From Hemiscyllium ocellatum (lineage: Eukaryota): DNA of 64,000 nucleotides. The position numbers were made by a program, and so were the translations under genes. Shown here one piece after another: positions 63,823 through 64,000 of the stretch. The number at the start of each line of letters is the position of its first letter. The first letter of the stretch is position 1. Below the pieces are notes generated by a model. It did not search any database and was not told the DNA's origin. It was given only the letters and a program-made list of their open reading frames with translations. Location: contig NC_083449.1 of NCBI RefSeq assembly GCF_020745735.1, forward strand, positions 4,376,923 to 4,440,922, read 5' to 3'.

Positions 63823-64000
63823 GAATGCTGAATTAACACAGAATTTATCACTGTGTGAAAAAAAAACTCATCCATTTGAAATTGTGATTACATTTGTCAA
63901 CAAGTTACACAATCTGCTGGAACCTGACCGTGAGTGTTCTCTACGCTTGGGGTGGATTGAACTCATTCTCAATCGCCCAGAGTTAAAGAGAAATGGAAAG

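Larger units (their letters stand above)
49088..64000 (+). repeat. Segmental duplication copy 2 (pairs with 26465-41690), runs off the window
   Basis: Same order: H2A, H2B, spacer, CR1, modules, Gypsy, promoter block. Confidence 0.93.

Overview
Vertebrate genomic DNA, almost certainly from a shark (HE1-type SINEs, shark-type CR1 LINEs, Penelope-like elements and an elasmobranch-style H2B tail). The window is part of a repeat-dense replication-dependent histone cluster. It holds one H4 gene (+) and two tandem H2A/H2B pairs (-), each gene with a 3' stem-loop; no H3 or H1 was seen. The first H2A is frameshifted and the second H2B carries E71Q. The region is built from duplicated blocks: a recent >=15 kb duplication (about 26.5-41.7 kb vs 49.1-64 kb), an older paralog (about 18.6-25.7 kb) and a probable ancient inverted paralog (2.3-14.3 kb) that ends in an orphan H2B promoter. 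Each block carries an unannotated gene-like unit oriented away from the H4 position. It has an NRF1/ZNF143/GC-box promoter and a first exon ending in GTGAGT. Across the blocks there are seven copies of a module made of a ~22-codon ORF (DKEQLRAxxESDPWFCLxCW, with strongly synonymous-biased divergence) and a 107-108 nt AG/GT-bounded exon. Other notable items are a tRNA-Leu(UAG) 5'-half fused to a CR1 3' end (a proto-SINE-like chimera), decayed minimal hammerhead ribozymes, a Gmr1-like Gypsy relic and a ~47-bp minisatellite. All alignments were made by eye, and repeat boundaries are approximate.
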